A stretch of 64,000 bases of DNA from a virus (IMGVR_UViG_3300037418_002116), one strand, 5' to 3'; counted from the stretch's first letter, positions 1 through 9,145 are shown. Numbers and translations are program-made. Notes: generated by a model not told the origin, from the letters alone.

Positions 1-593
1 ATGAAGAGTGACGAATCGGCATCTTTACATGCCAAGCCATAGTCACCACGGGCCGGTGTTGGTTTGTAAATTTTCAATGGCCACTGTGGAATATTCTGTT
101 TTGTCAAGTGAGAACCGTCATCCGAAATGACCGAACCACCAGATGGATTTATTTGTGGGGTTGGGTAGAATTCTCCCGTTACCGAATTCGGATTGGCAGG
201 CGTAGCAGCGCCAGAATAGAGCGAATCATCTGTGTGATAACCGGAACCGGAGTTGCCGATATAGGAACCCGGCGAGGATGCTTCATGCACACGTGGAATC
301 GAGCCTAAAACCATTGGGAATTGAGCCGTGTCGCCATCCAAGAACATGACGAATACCCAAGAATCGGGTTTCAGATAGTTTGGTGAGAATCCAACACCGG
401 AAGTCGAAGCCGAAGGTTGCAGCACCGTTGCCCATGGAAGATCGATGGTCGGAACCTTGTTGCGATCTACAGGATGGAAGCCGAAGCAACGGACTTTCAC
501 TCGCCCGAGCGCCAAAGGGTCTGTAATATCTTCTACCACGCCGATAGCGAAGTCGAATTTTCCCTTACCTAGAAACTGTTCAATCTCTTTCAA
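1..593 (-). CDS. gp5: baseplate hub/spike gp5, N-terminal OB-fold part (runs off window; TTG start)
   Basis: Manual translation (not in ORF track): LKEIEQFLGKGKFDFAIGVVEDITDPLALGRVKVRCFGFH...LPWATVLQP...WVFVMFLDGDTAQFPMVLGS, the gp5/VgrG OB-fold signature; starts immediately after the stop at 594-596. Confidence 0.9.
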   Translation of the reverse strand, partial: MKEIEQFLGKGKFDFAIGVVEDITDPLALGRVKVRCFGFHPVDRNKVPTIDLPWATVLQPSASTSGVGFSPNYLKPDSWVFVMFLDGDTAQFPMVLGSIPRVHEASSPGSYIGNSGSGYHTDDSLYSGAATPANPNSVTGEFYPTPQINPSGGSVISDDGSHLTKQNIPQWPLKIYKPTPARGDYGLACKDADSSLF

Positions 594-2048
594 TTATACT
601 TTCTCCCCGCCCGAGTTCGGCCATACCGGACTTAGCGGTGTTGTTGTGCTTGTAGGAATGGATGGTCTGTCAGGGAAAGTAGCGATATTTTCCGTAACAA
701 CACCTTCATCCGCATTTTCTGTAGGATTCGATGGAAGAACATCTTGTTCGTAAGTGTTCTTTGCACATTGCATAACACAAGCGTAACCATCTGCATTGTA
801 TATATGACGGATGCCAAGTACCAAATACCAACCGGAAACAAACCGATTGATCTTTCCTTCAATATCGTCTGTGGCACCGAATTCCGGAAACTGTAGATCG
901 ATGATATCGCCACAACGTCTGTCAGTATCACCCGGAATAGTCACTTCAACTAGAACATTATCCAATAATCCAAGAGAACCGGCCTTGATATGGAAGAAAC
1001 TTGGTTTCTGGTCTGTATCCACATTGGAGCCAGATTTGTTCGTCATGAAGTAATTTTCCATTGACGTTTTAGCAGAAATCAGTGTATTATCTTGGGAAAT
1101 GAATTTTCCACCACCTTTGCCAGATGTATGACGAAGGTCTGAATAGTTCGAAAAATAATCATAGGAATATGACGTGAATTCCGAGTATATCGGATCAATG
1201 TAATATGCCGTGTTCTCCCAACCGCCCAAGGCACCAGTACGGTCGGCATTGAACAACTGTATGAACTGAAAATCAGTCATTTTAAGCATTTCATATGGCT
1301 TTGTAGACTGTCTAGCACCGCCGCCAGCGCCAGTTCCGGCATCGTCACGTGGTGAACGATTTGGGTCTTCCCAATCCTTCACGACAGCCCAATATTTTTC
1401 CTTAGTCTTATTCGAAGAAATTAATTCATCGACTGTCTTGAAATTAAATTCGCTATCGCAGTCTTCATAGAAAACGTAATTAGACGGTTTGTACGTGGCG
1501 CTCATAGCTTCCTGTGAAAGCCATTCGATAGCCCGAGTAGGCTTCATGGAAGGGATAACAATGGTTCTCTGTCCCTCCGTATCGGATGCGTTCAGTGTCT
1601 TCTTAGACACCAAATAGGACGTATGAATATCCTTGATCATATCGGAAATCGTCTTTTGTCGATATGATTGCTCTATTCGTGTCATAAAATTTTGGAAATA
1701 TTCTTCCGATGCGAGATGAACAATATAGTTGGTCATGCGAGGCTTTGAGCGCACGACATTTTCGATAGAAACAATGCGAAATTCTACATCGATAGATTTC
1801 AATACGGCATCGTGAGGAGTTTTGAATTTGATATGAACGGTTTCCTGTCCCACAATCGGCACGACTGTTGTCAAGGAAAGGGCGTCGGAAAGCACCATGT
1901 CTGCCGTCAAAAACGGTTCGGTTATTGCTTCATAGATGCTGAATTCTTGAACAAGATTCTTGATTTCCCAAGGATCGCCGCCCAAATCACTTTTTATAGT
2001 GATTGTATCGATAACTATACTACCGGCAGGAAGTTTCTGGTCAGCCAT
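594..2048 (-). CDS. baseplate hub protein (gp27-like / late control D family)
   Basis: 484 aa between gp53 and gp5; FSIYE...ADMVLSD, C-terminal IPGD..RRCGDIIDL.FP and SGWYLVLGIRH are typical of gp27/GpD folds. Confidence 0.75.
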   Translation of the reverse strand: MADQKLPAGSIVIDTITIKSDLGGDPWEIKNLVQEFSIYEAITEPFLTADMVLSDALSLTTVVPIVGQETVHIKFKTPHDAVLKSIDVEFRIVSIENVVRSKPRMTNYIVHLASEEYFQNFMTRIEQSYRQKTISDMIKDIHTSYLVSKKTLNASDTEGQRTIVIPSMKPTRAIEWLSQEAMSATYKPSNYVFYEDCDSEFNFKTVDELISSNKTKEKYWAVVKDWEDPNRSPRDDAGTGAGGGARQSTKPYEMLKMTDFQFIQLFNADRTGALGGWENTAYYIDPIYSEFTSYSYDYFSNYSDLRHTSGKGGGKFISQDNTLISAKTSMENYFMTNKSGSNVDTDQKPSFFHIKAGSLGLLDNVLVEVTIPGDTDRRCGDIIDLQFPEFGATDDIEGKINRFVSGWYLVLGIRHIYNADGYACVMQCAKNTYEQDVLPSNPTENADEGVVTENIATFPDRPSIPTSTTTPLSPVWPNSGGEKV

Positions 2049-2614
2049 TACTTAAATATATTCTTCAATTCTTCTTCGATTTGTGGAATGTAGGATGGTT
2101 TAATGAGAGAAATTTCACGCTTACTTTCGTTAAGATCATGTTCATAGTCATAAGCGTAAACTAATTTGCGTTCATCATCCACCAAACCAAGATATGTTGA
2201 TTGATCTACTCTAAGGGAACGCTCTTCAACAATTGTTCCATCATAGTATTGAGTGCGAGGCTGGATAATTTGATAATAAGCATAGATAGTTTGTGTAGCG
2301 ATTGGAACACTACCGTATTTAGTTTCAATGTAATCATCGAATTCCGTTGAAGACAAAGGCCAATCGAAGTAAGGATCGATGATAGAATTCGTGATCAAAA
2401 TCAATTCGGATAGTTCTGGACGACCATAATAGCGGTCTGCCACCACGAAAGGCTTTTCTCCATCACGCACAACGTAGTTGAAGAGAGATTCGGTATACTT
2501 CAATACAACATCCCGAATTTTGTAACGAACCATAATGTTCGTTGACATAACAGGAACACCACTCTTGTTGATATCATATTGTATCTGTGGAAATACGTCA
2601 AAAAAAGCCGACAT
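2048..2614 (-). CDS. gp53: baseplate wedge subunit gp53 (LysM-like)
   Basis: FFDVFPQIQY...YVVRDGEKP..VADRYYGRPELSELILITNSIIDPYFDWPLS motif. Confidence 0.9.
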   Translation of the reverse strand: MSAFFDVFPQIQYDINKSGVPVMSTNIMVRYKIRDVVLKYTESLFNYVVRDGEKPFVVADRYYGRPELSELILITNSIIDPYFDWPLSSTEFDDYIETKYGSVPIATQTIYAYYQIIQPRTQYYDGTIVEERSLRVDQSTYLGLVDDERKLVYAYDYEHDLNESKREISLIKPSYIPQIEEELKNIFK

Positions 2615-3517
2615 TTAGTACCCCGCCTCAATGTCTTCTTTGGTAAGGATGGAAATTTCTTGGAAATTCAACGACATTGTAAGCGACATTGGGATAGATT
2701 CGTCGGCCCGGAAGTATGACTTTGTTCCTTCTGCATGAAAATCGAAATTTGCTCCTACAAGGGCACACGTCACAAATTTGAATAGATATTCATTCGATGG
2801 AATTTCGATTCTCCATACGTCCGGATATTTGAAAATATTGTCTGAATACCCTTGTGCAAAAGACGGATGCATACCGAGCTTGAATTCTTTTGAAATATCT
2901 CGCAAAATATTTGCTTCCTGCAAATTCGAAGGAATAAGTTTATAAGAAAAATCAAAAGTTCTTAAATTTGGCGATGAATACAGAACAGCTTTATATGGAT
3001 TTACTGCTAATCCAGCCCCACGGGCGATTGCTTGTCCATATTTGGTATCTCCCGCAAAGTCTAGTGCAAAGGCTTGTGCGAAAGCAGAGGCTTTATCACC
3101 AAGATTTGTAGCGGAATATTTTTGTAATCCTTCTGCCAAGCTCGATATCAGACTACCTTTTTTTGAGGCTCTCATGGTTGCAGAAATTTCACCGCTGGCA
3201 GTGATAAGTTGATTACCTACCAACCCTAGATCGACATTCTGCCAATCCGCCGAATAATTAGCTTGCAAACCAACCGGAACAGGAAGTGTAATCAAACTTC
3301 CTACACGACCTTCCTTTGGGTCGGATTTGGCATCTGCACGGGAATATTCATAGCGCTGAAAATGAATAATATGCTTCCATTCGGACATCAACGTCTTTGG
3401 GAACGTCAATGGAGCCGTCGTAGCCGATGTTGAAGCGGCATTCATCTTGTCTTCTGCCGCTTGCGAGGCAGACTTTTTGGTAATTGTAACAGATGTTTGT
3501 GGAGTCTTGGTTGCCAT
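2615..3517 (-). CDS. gp48: baseplate tail-tube cap gp48
   Basis: 300 aa from MATKTPQ; NPY...RTFDFSYKLIPSNLQEA..I...FK...P...YPDVW, ending LTKEDIEAGY; late promoter upstream. Confidence 0.85.
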   Translation of the reverse strand: MATKTPQTSVTITKKSASQAAEDKMNAASTSATTAPLTFPKTLMSEWKHIIHFQRYEYSRADAKSDPKEGRVGSLITLPVPVGLQANYSADWQNVDLGLVGNQLITASGEISATMRASKKGSLISSLAEGLQKYSATNLGDKASAFAQAFALDFAGDTKYGQAIARGAGLAVNPYKAVLYSSPNLRTFDFSYKLIPSNLQEANILRDISKEFKLGMHPSFAQGYSDNIFKYPDVWRIEIPSNEYLFKFVTCALVGANFDFHAEGTKSYFRADESIPMSLTMSLNFQEISILTKEDIEAGY

Positions 3518-3543
3518 CAAATGTCCCGTAAATAGTATGAAAC

Positions 3544-3551
3544 TATTTATA
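3544..3551 (-). promoter_or_regulatory. T4-type late promoter TATAAATA for gp48 operon (a variant CCTAAATA at 3552-3559 faces gp4)
   Basis: Exact TATAAATA on the minus strand about 27 nt upstream of the gp48 ATG. Confidence 0.8.
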
Positions 3552-3564
3552 CCTAAATACGGGC

Positions 3565-4062
3565 ATGACGAAGTTTCTATTACCAGAAGAGAACGTACAG
3601 AAACGCCGAAAGGCAAAGAAGAAGTCTAAACTTCCACAACCAAAGTACTTTGTGGCTGAAAATCCTCACAAGTACGTTGGTGATCCAAACTGTATTATCG
3701 CAAGATCGAATCTGGAAAGAAAATTTTACAAAATATTTGACACCAACCCGGCAGTACTGAAATGGGGTTGTGAAGAGATGTACATCAGGTACAAGTCATC
3801 TATTGACGGTACGGTACATCGTTATTTTCCGGATGCTGTTATAGAAATTAAGTCTCGATCAGGCAAAAAAATGCTCTATATGATCGAAATTAAGCCAAAA
3901 AAACAGTGTTTTCCCCCAAAAAATAGCAAATCCAAGCGGTTTTTGACGGAACAAGTCACTTATCAGACGAATCAAGACAAATGGAAAGCAGCCACGGAAT
4001 TCTGTAAATCCCATGGCATGATCTTTCACGTGCTAACAGAAGAGCATGTAGGCGGCTTCTAA
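3565..4062 (+). CDS. gp4: head completion protein gp4 (TnsA-like nuclease fold)
   Basis: NPHKYVGDP..I..RS.LERKF...D.NP.VLKWGCEE...Y....DG..HRYFPD...MIEIKP...Q...N..KW.AA..FC. Confidence 0.92.
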   Translation: MTKFLLPEENVQKRRKAKKKSKLPQPKYFVAENPHKYVGDPNCIIARSNLERKFYKIFDTNPAVLKWGCEEMYIRYKSSIDGTVHRYFPDAVIEIKSRSGKKMLYMIEIKPKKQCFPPKNSKSKRFLTEQVTYQTNQDKWKAATEFCKSHGMIFHVLTEEHVGGF

Positions 4063-4340
4063 GCGTAATATCCGAGATACACTACCGGGATGAACCTCAC
4101 TTCGAAGTCATCGCTTCCGTACAGTTTCTCCAAAATATTCTTCGCCATATCTTCGTTGTGATGACATACCGGCAGACAGCTTGAAAACCTTGGGGGAATT
4201 TTGCCCCACTCTTCCCGGCGCTTCTGAAAGCAAACTCCCCGTTCCTTATGGACAACCCAATAGGAGTTGACGATGCATTCTCCGTTTTTGGGATTCTCCA
4301 ATTTTTCCAACGGCATGAAGAAGAGACGTTCAATGTCCAT
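4059..4340 (-). CDS. hypothetical protein
   Basis: 93 aa, packed in a co-oriented run with overlapping ends. Confidence 0.6.
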   Translation of the reverse strand: MDIERLFFMPLEKLENPKNGECIVNSYWVVHKERGVCFQKRREEWGKIPPRFSSCLPVCHHNEDMAKNILEKLYGSDDFEVRFIPVVYLGYYA

Positions 4341-4545
4341 TGAGAAACACCTTCTTTTTGATGAATTCTTCCATGTCGCCCTGAAATTTCAGGTACACGG
4401 AAATTGGGTATAGGTTTTCGAACCCATGAGCCCGCAGTCGAATGGTTTCTTTGTCATAGTCGATGATCGCCTTGACCTTGTGTCCATCGATTTTGTAGAG
4501 TCGTTCGACATTATTTTTCTCTTCCGAGATAACAACGAACGACAT
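4330..4545 (-). CDS. hypothetical protein
   Basis: 71 aa, overlaps both neighbours. Confidence 0.6.
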   Translation of the reverse strand: MSFVVISEEKNNVERLYKIDGHKVKAIIDYDKETIRLRAHGFENLYPISVYLKFQGDMEEFIKKKVFLNGH

Positions 4546-5015
4546 CAGATTCGAGTTCCATCCGGTCGGACCTTCACTCCATCCTTGTCTGTCGGATCAC
4601 ACGGGTGATGGCCCCAGACCGCAAAATATTTGTCTCGCATCAGCTTCTTTCCATTAATCCAAAAAGCCCAACGTCGGGAAGGCTTTCCAGTTATAAGAAA
4701 TGTCCAAGTTCCCGGCAAGACATTTTGCACGGAATGACGAAATTCGGCGGGCCGATACCTGAACATGCCTGCCCGTAGCGTTTCTTTGAAGGAAAATCCC
4801 TCTTTTGGCGTGATCGACACGTCATCATAGCCACCTTTCAGAATAAAGGTGAGAAACCAGTACGGATGATCATGATAGGCCCGATGATCGTCATCACCAA
4901 GCCAATGATGGAGCCGAAGGGAAATGAAGCCGAAATCGAGAACATACCGATAAAAGTACGGACATTCTTTCAGACCGCCCGGCTGTTTCCATGTGAGTTT
5001 GGGAAGAAATCTCAT
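4545..5015 (-). CDS. cupin-fold (double-stranded beta-helix) protein
   Basis: From MRFLPKL: LRLHHW...DDHRAYHDHPYWF.TFILKGGY.D ... RPAEFRHSV ... TWTFLITG, i.e. HxH plus distal His metal site. Confidence 0.7.
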   Translation of the reverse strand: MRFLPKLTWKQPGGLKECPYFYRYVLDFGFISLRLHHWLGDDDHRAYHDHPYWFLTFILKGGYDDVSITPKEGFSFKETLRAGMFRYRPAEFRHSVQNVLPGTWTFLITGKPSRRWAFWINGKKLMRDKYFAVWGHHPCDPTDKDGVKVRPDGTRI

Positions 5016-5296
5016 TGATCGCTCTTCGCAAATTCCTTGGCGGCATTGACCCAATAATGACCGGCCATGCCAAGAGTACAAGCGAGAATATTGGCGAGAG
5101 CGTCAAGCTTGCCTTCAATGACAGCCAACTCACGTTTTGTCACTTTGTGCGTGGCAGCGAGTTTGTCCGATGAACGGCACAGATTGACCATTCGAACCCA
5201 GATAAGAGCCTGTGTCTTATCAAACTTCCAACCCGCTGGCGCTGACCACTGTTGCGGTCCACTAAGTGAGTCGATTGTTACTTTCTGGATTTTCAT
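5012..5296 (-). CDS. hypothetical protein
   Basis: ATGA-coupled to the cupin gene. Confidence 0.6.
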   Translation of the reverse strand: MKIQKVTIDSLSGPQQWSAPAGWKFDKTQALIWVRMVNLCRSSDKLAATHKVTKRELAVIEGKLDALANILACTLGMAGHYWVNAAKEFAKSDQ

Positions 5297-5732
5297 AAAC
5301 AATTAGCCCCGATTCCACATTCTTTCCGTCTATCTGGAACATATCATAAGGAAGCGGATGGTAATTGTCAATATATTTCTCAATATTTTGAGAATCTTTA
5401 CGGACCAGTGCGACAAGTTTGCCGCCCGGTCGTAAAAAGGTAATAGCGTGATCGACGTGGGGGATTGAATTTTTTGGCGGGCACATAAGCACCGCATCGA
5501 ATCGGCCAAGGAAATCCAGTGAACTATATGACATGGAAAGAAAGTCACGGTTGAACACAATGAAGCTATTCCGAAGCTTCATTGCCAGTTCCTTGTTCAG
5601 TTCAACACATGTGACTCGGGCACCAACGGCAACAGCGGCCATCGCAAGATTGCCGCCGCCAGCCGAGGGTTCCAACACTCTGTCATATTTCTGGATACCG
5701 GCAATCTTGACCATTTCATGGGCCAAGAACAT
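5262..5732 (-). CDS. class I SAM-dependent methyltransferase (N6-adenine MTase-like, NPPF changed to CPPK)
   Basis: 156 aa from MFLAHEM; motif I VLEPSAGGGNLA, VELN, RDFL, FDAVLMCPPK, LRPGGKLVALV. Confidence 0.75.
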   Translation of the reverse strand: MFLAHEMVKIAGIQKYDRVLEPSAGGGNLAMAAVAVGARVTCVELNKELAMKLRNSFIVFNRDFLSMSYSSLDFLGRFDAVLMCPPKNSIPHVDHAITFLRPGGKLVALVRKDSQNIEKYIDNYHPLPYDMFQIDGKNVESGLIVYENPESNNRLT

Positions 5733-5755
5733 CGGTGTTTCCGTTGCGGGAAGAT

Positions 5756-6003
5756 TGGTCCGGTGGGAAGGGTTCGAACCCCCGACACCAAGGCTTTCAT
5801 CCGTGTATTCTGCATCATTAAACATTGGAGCTACCATTGTCCTTTGATGCATACATTAAGGAATTACGGACGTTACTAAGTATCATATCGTCATGCAAAG
5901 TGTTGCAACACCTTACATTATTGTTTGACACCGTTGGCATCTTTAGGTTTCCCTTCGGTTCCTTCTTACGGTCCTTGTGCTCTACCAACTGAGCTACCAC
6001 CGG
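5756..6003 (-). ncRNA. 248-nt tRNA-like RNA with a 179-nt insert replacing the anticodon loop
   Basis: CCGGTGG/CCACCGG-A-CCA acceptor; GCTC-AGTTGGTA-GAGC D-arm; CAAGG/CCTTG stem enclosing 5794-5972; GGGGG-TTCGAAC-CCTTC T-arm; promoter directly upstream. Confidence 0.8.
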
Positions 6004-6012
6004 ATTACGCTT

Positions 6013-6040
6013 GATATAAGCGAGGATTATTGAATGTCAA
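6013..6040 (-). promoter_or_regulatory. sigma70-type promoter for the tRNA-like RNA
   Basis: TTGACA-N16-TATATC ending about 10 nt before the RNA 5' end. Confidence 0.7.
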
Positions 6041-6314
6041 CACCTATTTTGATCTTTTTTGCCGTGATGGTCCTTTCATATCTCTCCATGAGAAGTCTGA
6101 GGATATCGGCAATTTCGGAATCATTACAGGCGACCGTAAGGGTTTTGAGTCCACCCTTGTATGATGGAATATAAACTTCATATAGCATATGTGTCCCTTA
6201 ACCGGTTATGCCCCCGGTTTCCCATAACGAAAGTTCTATACGGTTTCAGGACGTGGTACAACCCCAAAAAAGGTCAGACATTCCATCTTGACACCGTTTT
6301 TGATTGATTCGGCC

Positions 6315-6342
6315 TTGACGATTTCAATATTTTGATTATATT
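6315..6342 (+). promoter_or_regulatory. early promoter TTGAC-N-ATTATATT
   Basis: TTGACG-N16-TATATT, then AGAGGAA SD and ATG at 6364; the same motif recurs at 8645, 9425, 13214, 43921, 45438 and 63968-63995 (minus). Confidence 0.75.
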
Positions 6343-6363
6343 GAAATAAAAAGAGGAATTGAC

Positions 6364-6585
6364 ATGGCACGATTTAAAGATAAGAAGCTCCAAAAGGTGT
6401 TCGACCTTTACAGCAAGACCCCGCCAACGAAGCGTGGTGATGCTCTCTTGGCCAAATACTATTTCAACGGATTGGAATATCCAAATAAAGAAAACTTAAA
6501 GCCAGAACGAGGCACGTTTGCCTATGCGGCTTGGGCAGCGGGCCACGCACTGGCCAAACAAAGAGAAAAGACACAGAATGAATGA
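6364..6585 (+). CDS. hypothetical early protein
   Basis: 73 aa with strong promoter and SD. Confidence 0.75.
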   Translation: MARFKDKKLQKVFDLYSKTPPTKRGDALLAKYYFNGLEYPNKENLKPERGTFAYAAWAAGHALAKQREKTQNE

Positions 6586-7402
6586 CTTTCCAGCGATCAT
6601 TGATTTGAGCGGCTATACGGAGAAGATGCGGAAATCTTTTCTGGAAAAGACTTTCTTCCTCACTAAAATTCCAGCAACCGTCTACATGGATTTCGGATGT
6701 GCCGATGGCAGCATGATCGAATTCATGTTCAAGATGTTTCCGGAATATCGATATTTCGGGTATGACAACGATCCGAAAATGATCGAAATGGCAAAGAAGC
6801 TGAACATTCCGAACGCCTTCTTTTCCACGGACTATGACGCAATTGTCAAGGCCATGAACGACTACGATTCACAAAGAAAGACCGAAGGGAAACCACCGGC
6901 CATTCGAGCGGTCATATGTTCATCGCTCATTCATGAAATTTGTTCATATGCGCAACCGGGAAGCATGACGGTGACGCAATTTTGGAATCGAATTCGTTCG
7001 AATTACCATTACGTCTGCATCCGTGACATGGCGATGACGGAGGAAGCCGAAAAATATGATGTCAGCACTCACGACGTTTGGCAGATTGCCAAATTCTTCC
7101 TGAAAAATGAGGATGATGTCTATATCCTTGGAGATTTTCAGAAGAAATATGGGGAAATCACCAAACTAAAGCAGATGGTTCACTTTCTTCTGAAATATCG
7201 GTATAAGAACAATTGGGAGCGGGAGCTAAACGAGAACTACTTGCCGCTCACGGTCGAAAAAATTCTAGAAGAATTTAGTCACAAGGAAATTGTTTATCAG
7301 AACCATTACCTTCTACCATTTTTGAAAGATCGTGTAAAAACCGATTTCAACATCGATCTTAAAGAAGCGACTCACTTGCAATTGATCGTGAAGTTGCGCT
7401 AA
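6578..7402 (+). CDS. class I SAM-dependent methyltransferase
   Basis: From MNDFPA: motif I YMDFGCADG, acidic GYDNDPKMIEMAKK, ICSSLIHEI, VCIRDM. Confidence 0.75.
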   Translation: MNDFPAIIDLSGYTEKMRKSFLEKTFFLTKIPATVYMDFGCADGSMIEFMFKMFPEYRYFGYDNDPKMIEMAKKLNIPNAFFSTDYDAIVKAMNDYDSQRKTEGKPPAIRAVICSSLIHEICSYAQPGSMTVTQFWNRIRSNYHYVCIRDMAMTEEAEKYDVSTHDVWQIAKFFLKNEDDVYILGDFQKKYGEITKLKQMVHFLLKYRYKNNWERELNENYLPLTVEKILEEFSHKEIVYQNHYLLPFLKDRVKTDFNIDLKEATHLQLIVKLR

Positions 7403-7667
7403 TCTCAATCGTGGTTGTTCTAGTGAGAAGCTGAACATCACCGACGATATGATATTTGGTTTGGCCATGCTTGATTTGAGCAATGGCCTTATCCACAGCC
7501 TTTGCATCATCGAACCATAGCTGGTCGATTGGGTCTTCAACCCATCGAACTTCATTAGCCCATGGGCCGTATTCAACAACGCCAAGCGGCAAATAGATAT
7601 TGCCGTCATTGTCTCGGGCTAACACCCGAGCCGAATGTTGCGTTTTGATCGTTCGGGAAACTAGCAT
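7359..7667 (-). CDS. hypothetical protein
   Basis: 102 aa in a co-oriented overlapping run. Confidence 0.55.
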   Translation of the reverse strand: MLVSRTIKTQHSARVLARDNDGNIYLPLGVVEYGPWANEVRWVEDPIDQLWFDDAKAVDKAIAQIKHGQTKYHIVGDVQLLTRTTTIEISATSRSIASESLL

Positions 7668-7876
7668 CTGGCGAGGAAATCTCCCGGCTTTTGCACAGCT
7701 TTGTGAATTTCATTCAGCTTCGATTGCTGGCCTTCCGGATAAGTTTTGTCGATATCGTGAACAAACACCATGTCCAGATGCGCCTTGATACACGCCGTCT
7801 GTTCAGCATTCAAATCATTAGGTTTGCTCAATTCGAACATCCCCTGCAACCAATAACAAAATTCTACTGCTTTCAT
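7661..7876 (-). CDS. hypothetical protein
   Basis: 71 aa, FCYWLQGMFELS motif, ATGA-coupled. Confidence 0.7.
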   Translation of the reverse strand: MKAVEFCYWLQGMFELSKPNDLNAEQTACIKAHLDMVFVHDIDKTYPEGQQSKLNEIHKAVQKPGDFLARC

Positions 7877-8100
7877 TGTACCTTTTCCAACTTTGAGAAA
7901 TAAGATCGTTTGGCCAAAATGTCGGTCGAATCTCGATTGATACGTAATACCAATCGAGTGCCAATAGCAGGCAGCGAACGATCAAGTTTACTTAGAAGAA
8001 CATGATCATAGAGAAGATCAATCTTTTCATCCACTGTAAGATCATCTAATTTGAAAATAAATTGATCTAACTTAGGTTTATTTTTTGTAAAAGGCCACAC
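7873..8100 (-). CDS. hypothetical protein
   Basis: 75 aa, coupled to the Nudix gene. Confidence 0.6.
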   Translation of the reverse strand: MWPFTKNKPKLDQFIFKLDDLTVDEKIDLLYDHVLLSKLDRSLPAIGTRLVLRINRDSTDILAKRSYFSKLEKVQ

Positions 8101-8645
8101 TATTCATATCTCCAAAAGTATTCTTCAATCATTGCTTTATGCGTTGGGAAAGCGATTTCCGACTCCCAAGGTGTATCTTTGACCACTACCAGTTCGGTTA
8201 CTTCTGTGTCGTGCGGTAGATTTAGATCAATTTCTATGGGCTGAACCTTGCAAAAAATCAAGTTCACGCCATCGACGGTCACGATGTCCATCAATTCAGG
8301 TCGTGAGACATCGTGACCAGTCTCTTCCCTAACTTCACGAATAATCGCTTCCTGCCACGTCTCGCCAAGGTTCTGAAAGCCGCCCGGTAGAGCGAGCAAA
8401 CCCGAATCAGCCCGACGAACCATCAGCAAGCCCCCGCTTTCATTGGGCACCAAAGCGACAACCACGGGCGCTGGATTGCGGAATTTCGGGAAGCGCTCTT
8501 CAAGTTCATTGACTGCTTCCATCAGCCAATTTTGGAAGGCAAATACCTTGCGAATGTCTTGGAAAATATGGGTTGTGGAACAAAGTTTCAGTTCCTTTCT
8601 ATACCCTTCGTTGATTTCTTCCATGGCTTTTTCATAATTTTTCAT
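8100..8645 (-). CDS. Nudix hydrolase
   Basis: Nudix box ALPGGFQNLGETWQEAIIREVREETG; NPAPVVVALVP; IAFPTH. Confidence 0.9.
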   Translation of the reverse strand: MKNYEKAMEEINEGYRKELKLCSTTHIFQDIRKVFAFQNWLMEAVNELEERFPKFRNPAPVVVALVPNESGGLLMVRRADSGLLALPGGFQNLGETWQEAIIREVREETGHDVSRPELMDIVTVDGVNLIFCKVQPIEIDLNLPHDTEVTELVVVKDTPWESEIAFPTHKAMIEEYFWRYE

Positions 8646-8693
8646 TGCAATTCTCTACAATTTTATTATATTGATTCGTGAAAGGAATTTTGG

Positions 8694-8858
8694 ATGTTTC
8701 TTCCCAAAGGAATAGTTCTGGACAGGCGAGGCGGTATCGTCATCTCCCGGCACATGAAGTGTCTGTATGTGCAAGGGTATTATCGGAACCACTTCATTAG
8801 CAGAATGTTTACCAATAAGAAGCAGGCATTCAAGTTCTTCAATCAGTACCCGAAATAA
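8694..8858 (+). CDS. small early protein (54 aa, below ORF-track cutoff)
   Basis: MFLPKGIVLDRRGG...NQYPK*, downstream of TTGCAA-N14-ATTATATT and an AAGGAA SD. Confidence 0.6.
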   Translation: MFLPKGIVLDRRGGIVISRHMKCLYVQGYYRNHFISRMFTNKKQAFKFFNQYPK

Positions 8859-8908
8859 TTCGTGTACCAATTTGACACAGGTCAAATCACGTCTTATATC
8901 AGTCTGTA

Positions 8909-9145
8909 ATGCGAGGACTCATGGTAATGCATAAATCTAAGCCGTCATTGAAAAAGGACTTCGGAACCAAGCCAGCGGCGGCGAAAGCCATTGCGAAGGC
9001 TGGACTTCAACAATTGCCACATACAATCCAGATGAACAGAACCGGTTCTGTCTATCGATTCGAGCCAGTATTCTTGATCGATGACAAGCACATTTGTTAC
9101 GGAAAAGTTAAGTCTTACGGGTTTACCGTTCGGCCTAAACTGTAA
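8909..9145 (+). CDS. basic hypothetical protein
   Basis: TTGACA-N17-TATATC promoter and GAGGA SD upstream; true start probably 8921 or 8927. Confidence 0.6.
   Translation: MRGLMVMHKSKPSLKKDFGTKPAAAKAIAKAGLQQLPHTIQMNRTGSVYRFEPVFLIDDKHICYGKVKSYGFTVRPKL

Noticed and set aside
5818-5935. tmRNA tag reading frame (SNNN... resembles ANDN...)
   Set aside because: Resume codon would be UCA rather than GCA, there is no short AA-ending tag, no G3:U70 pair, and no SmpB in the window.
5794-5972. Group I intron in the tRNA-like RNA
   Set aside because: I could not find P7 (R/S) consensus elements or a clear U-G 5' splice site; left as an unexplained insert pending an Infernal search.
5733-6000. ORF-track extensions 5262..5852 and ORF 5818..6000
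   Set aside because: They overlap the structured RNA; the methyltransferase start at 5732 is better supported.
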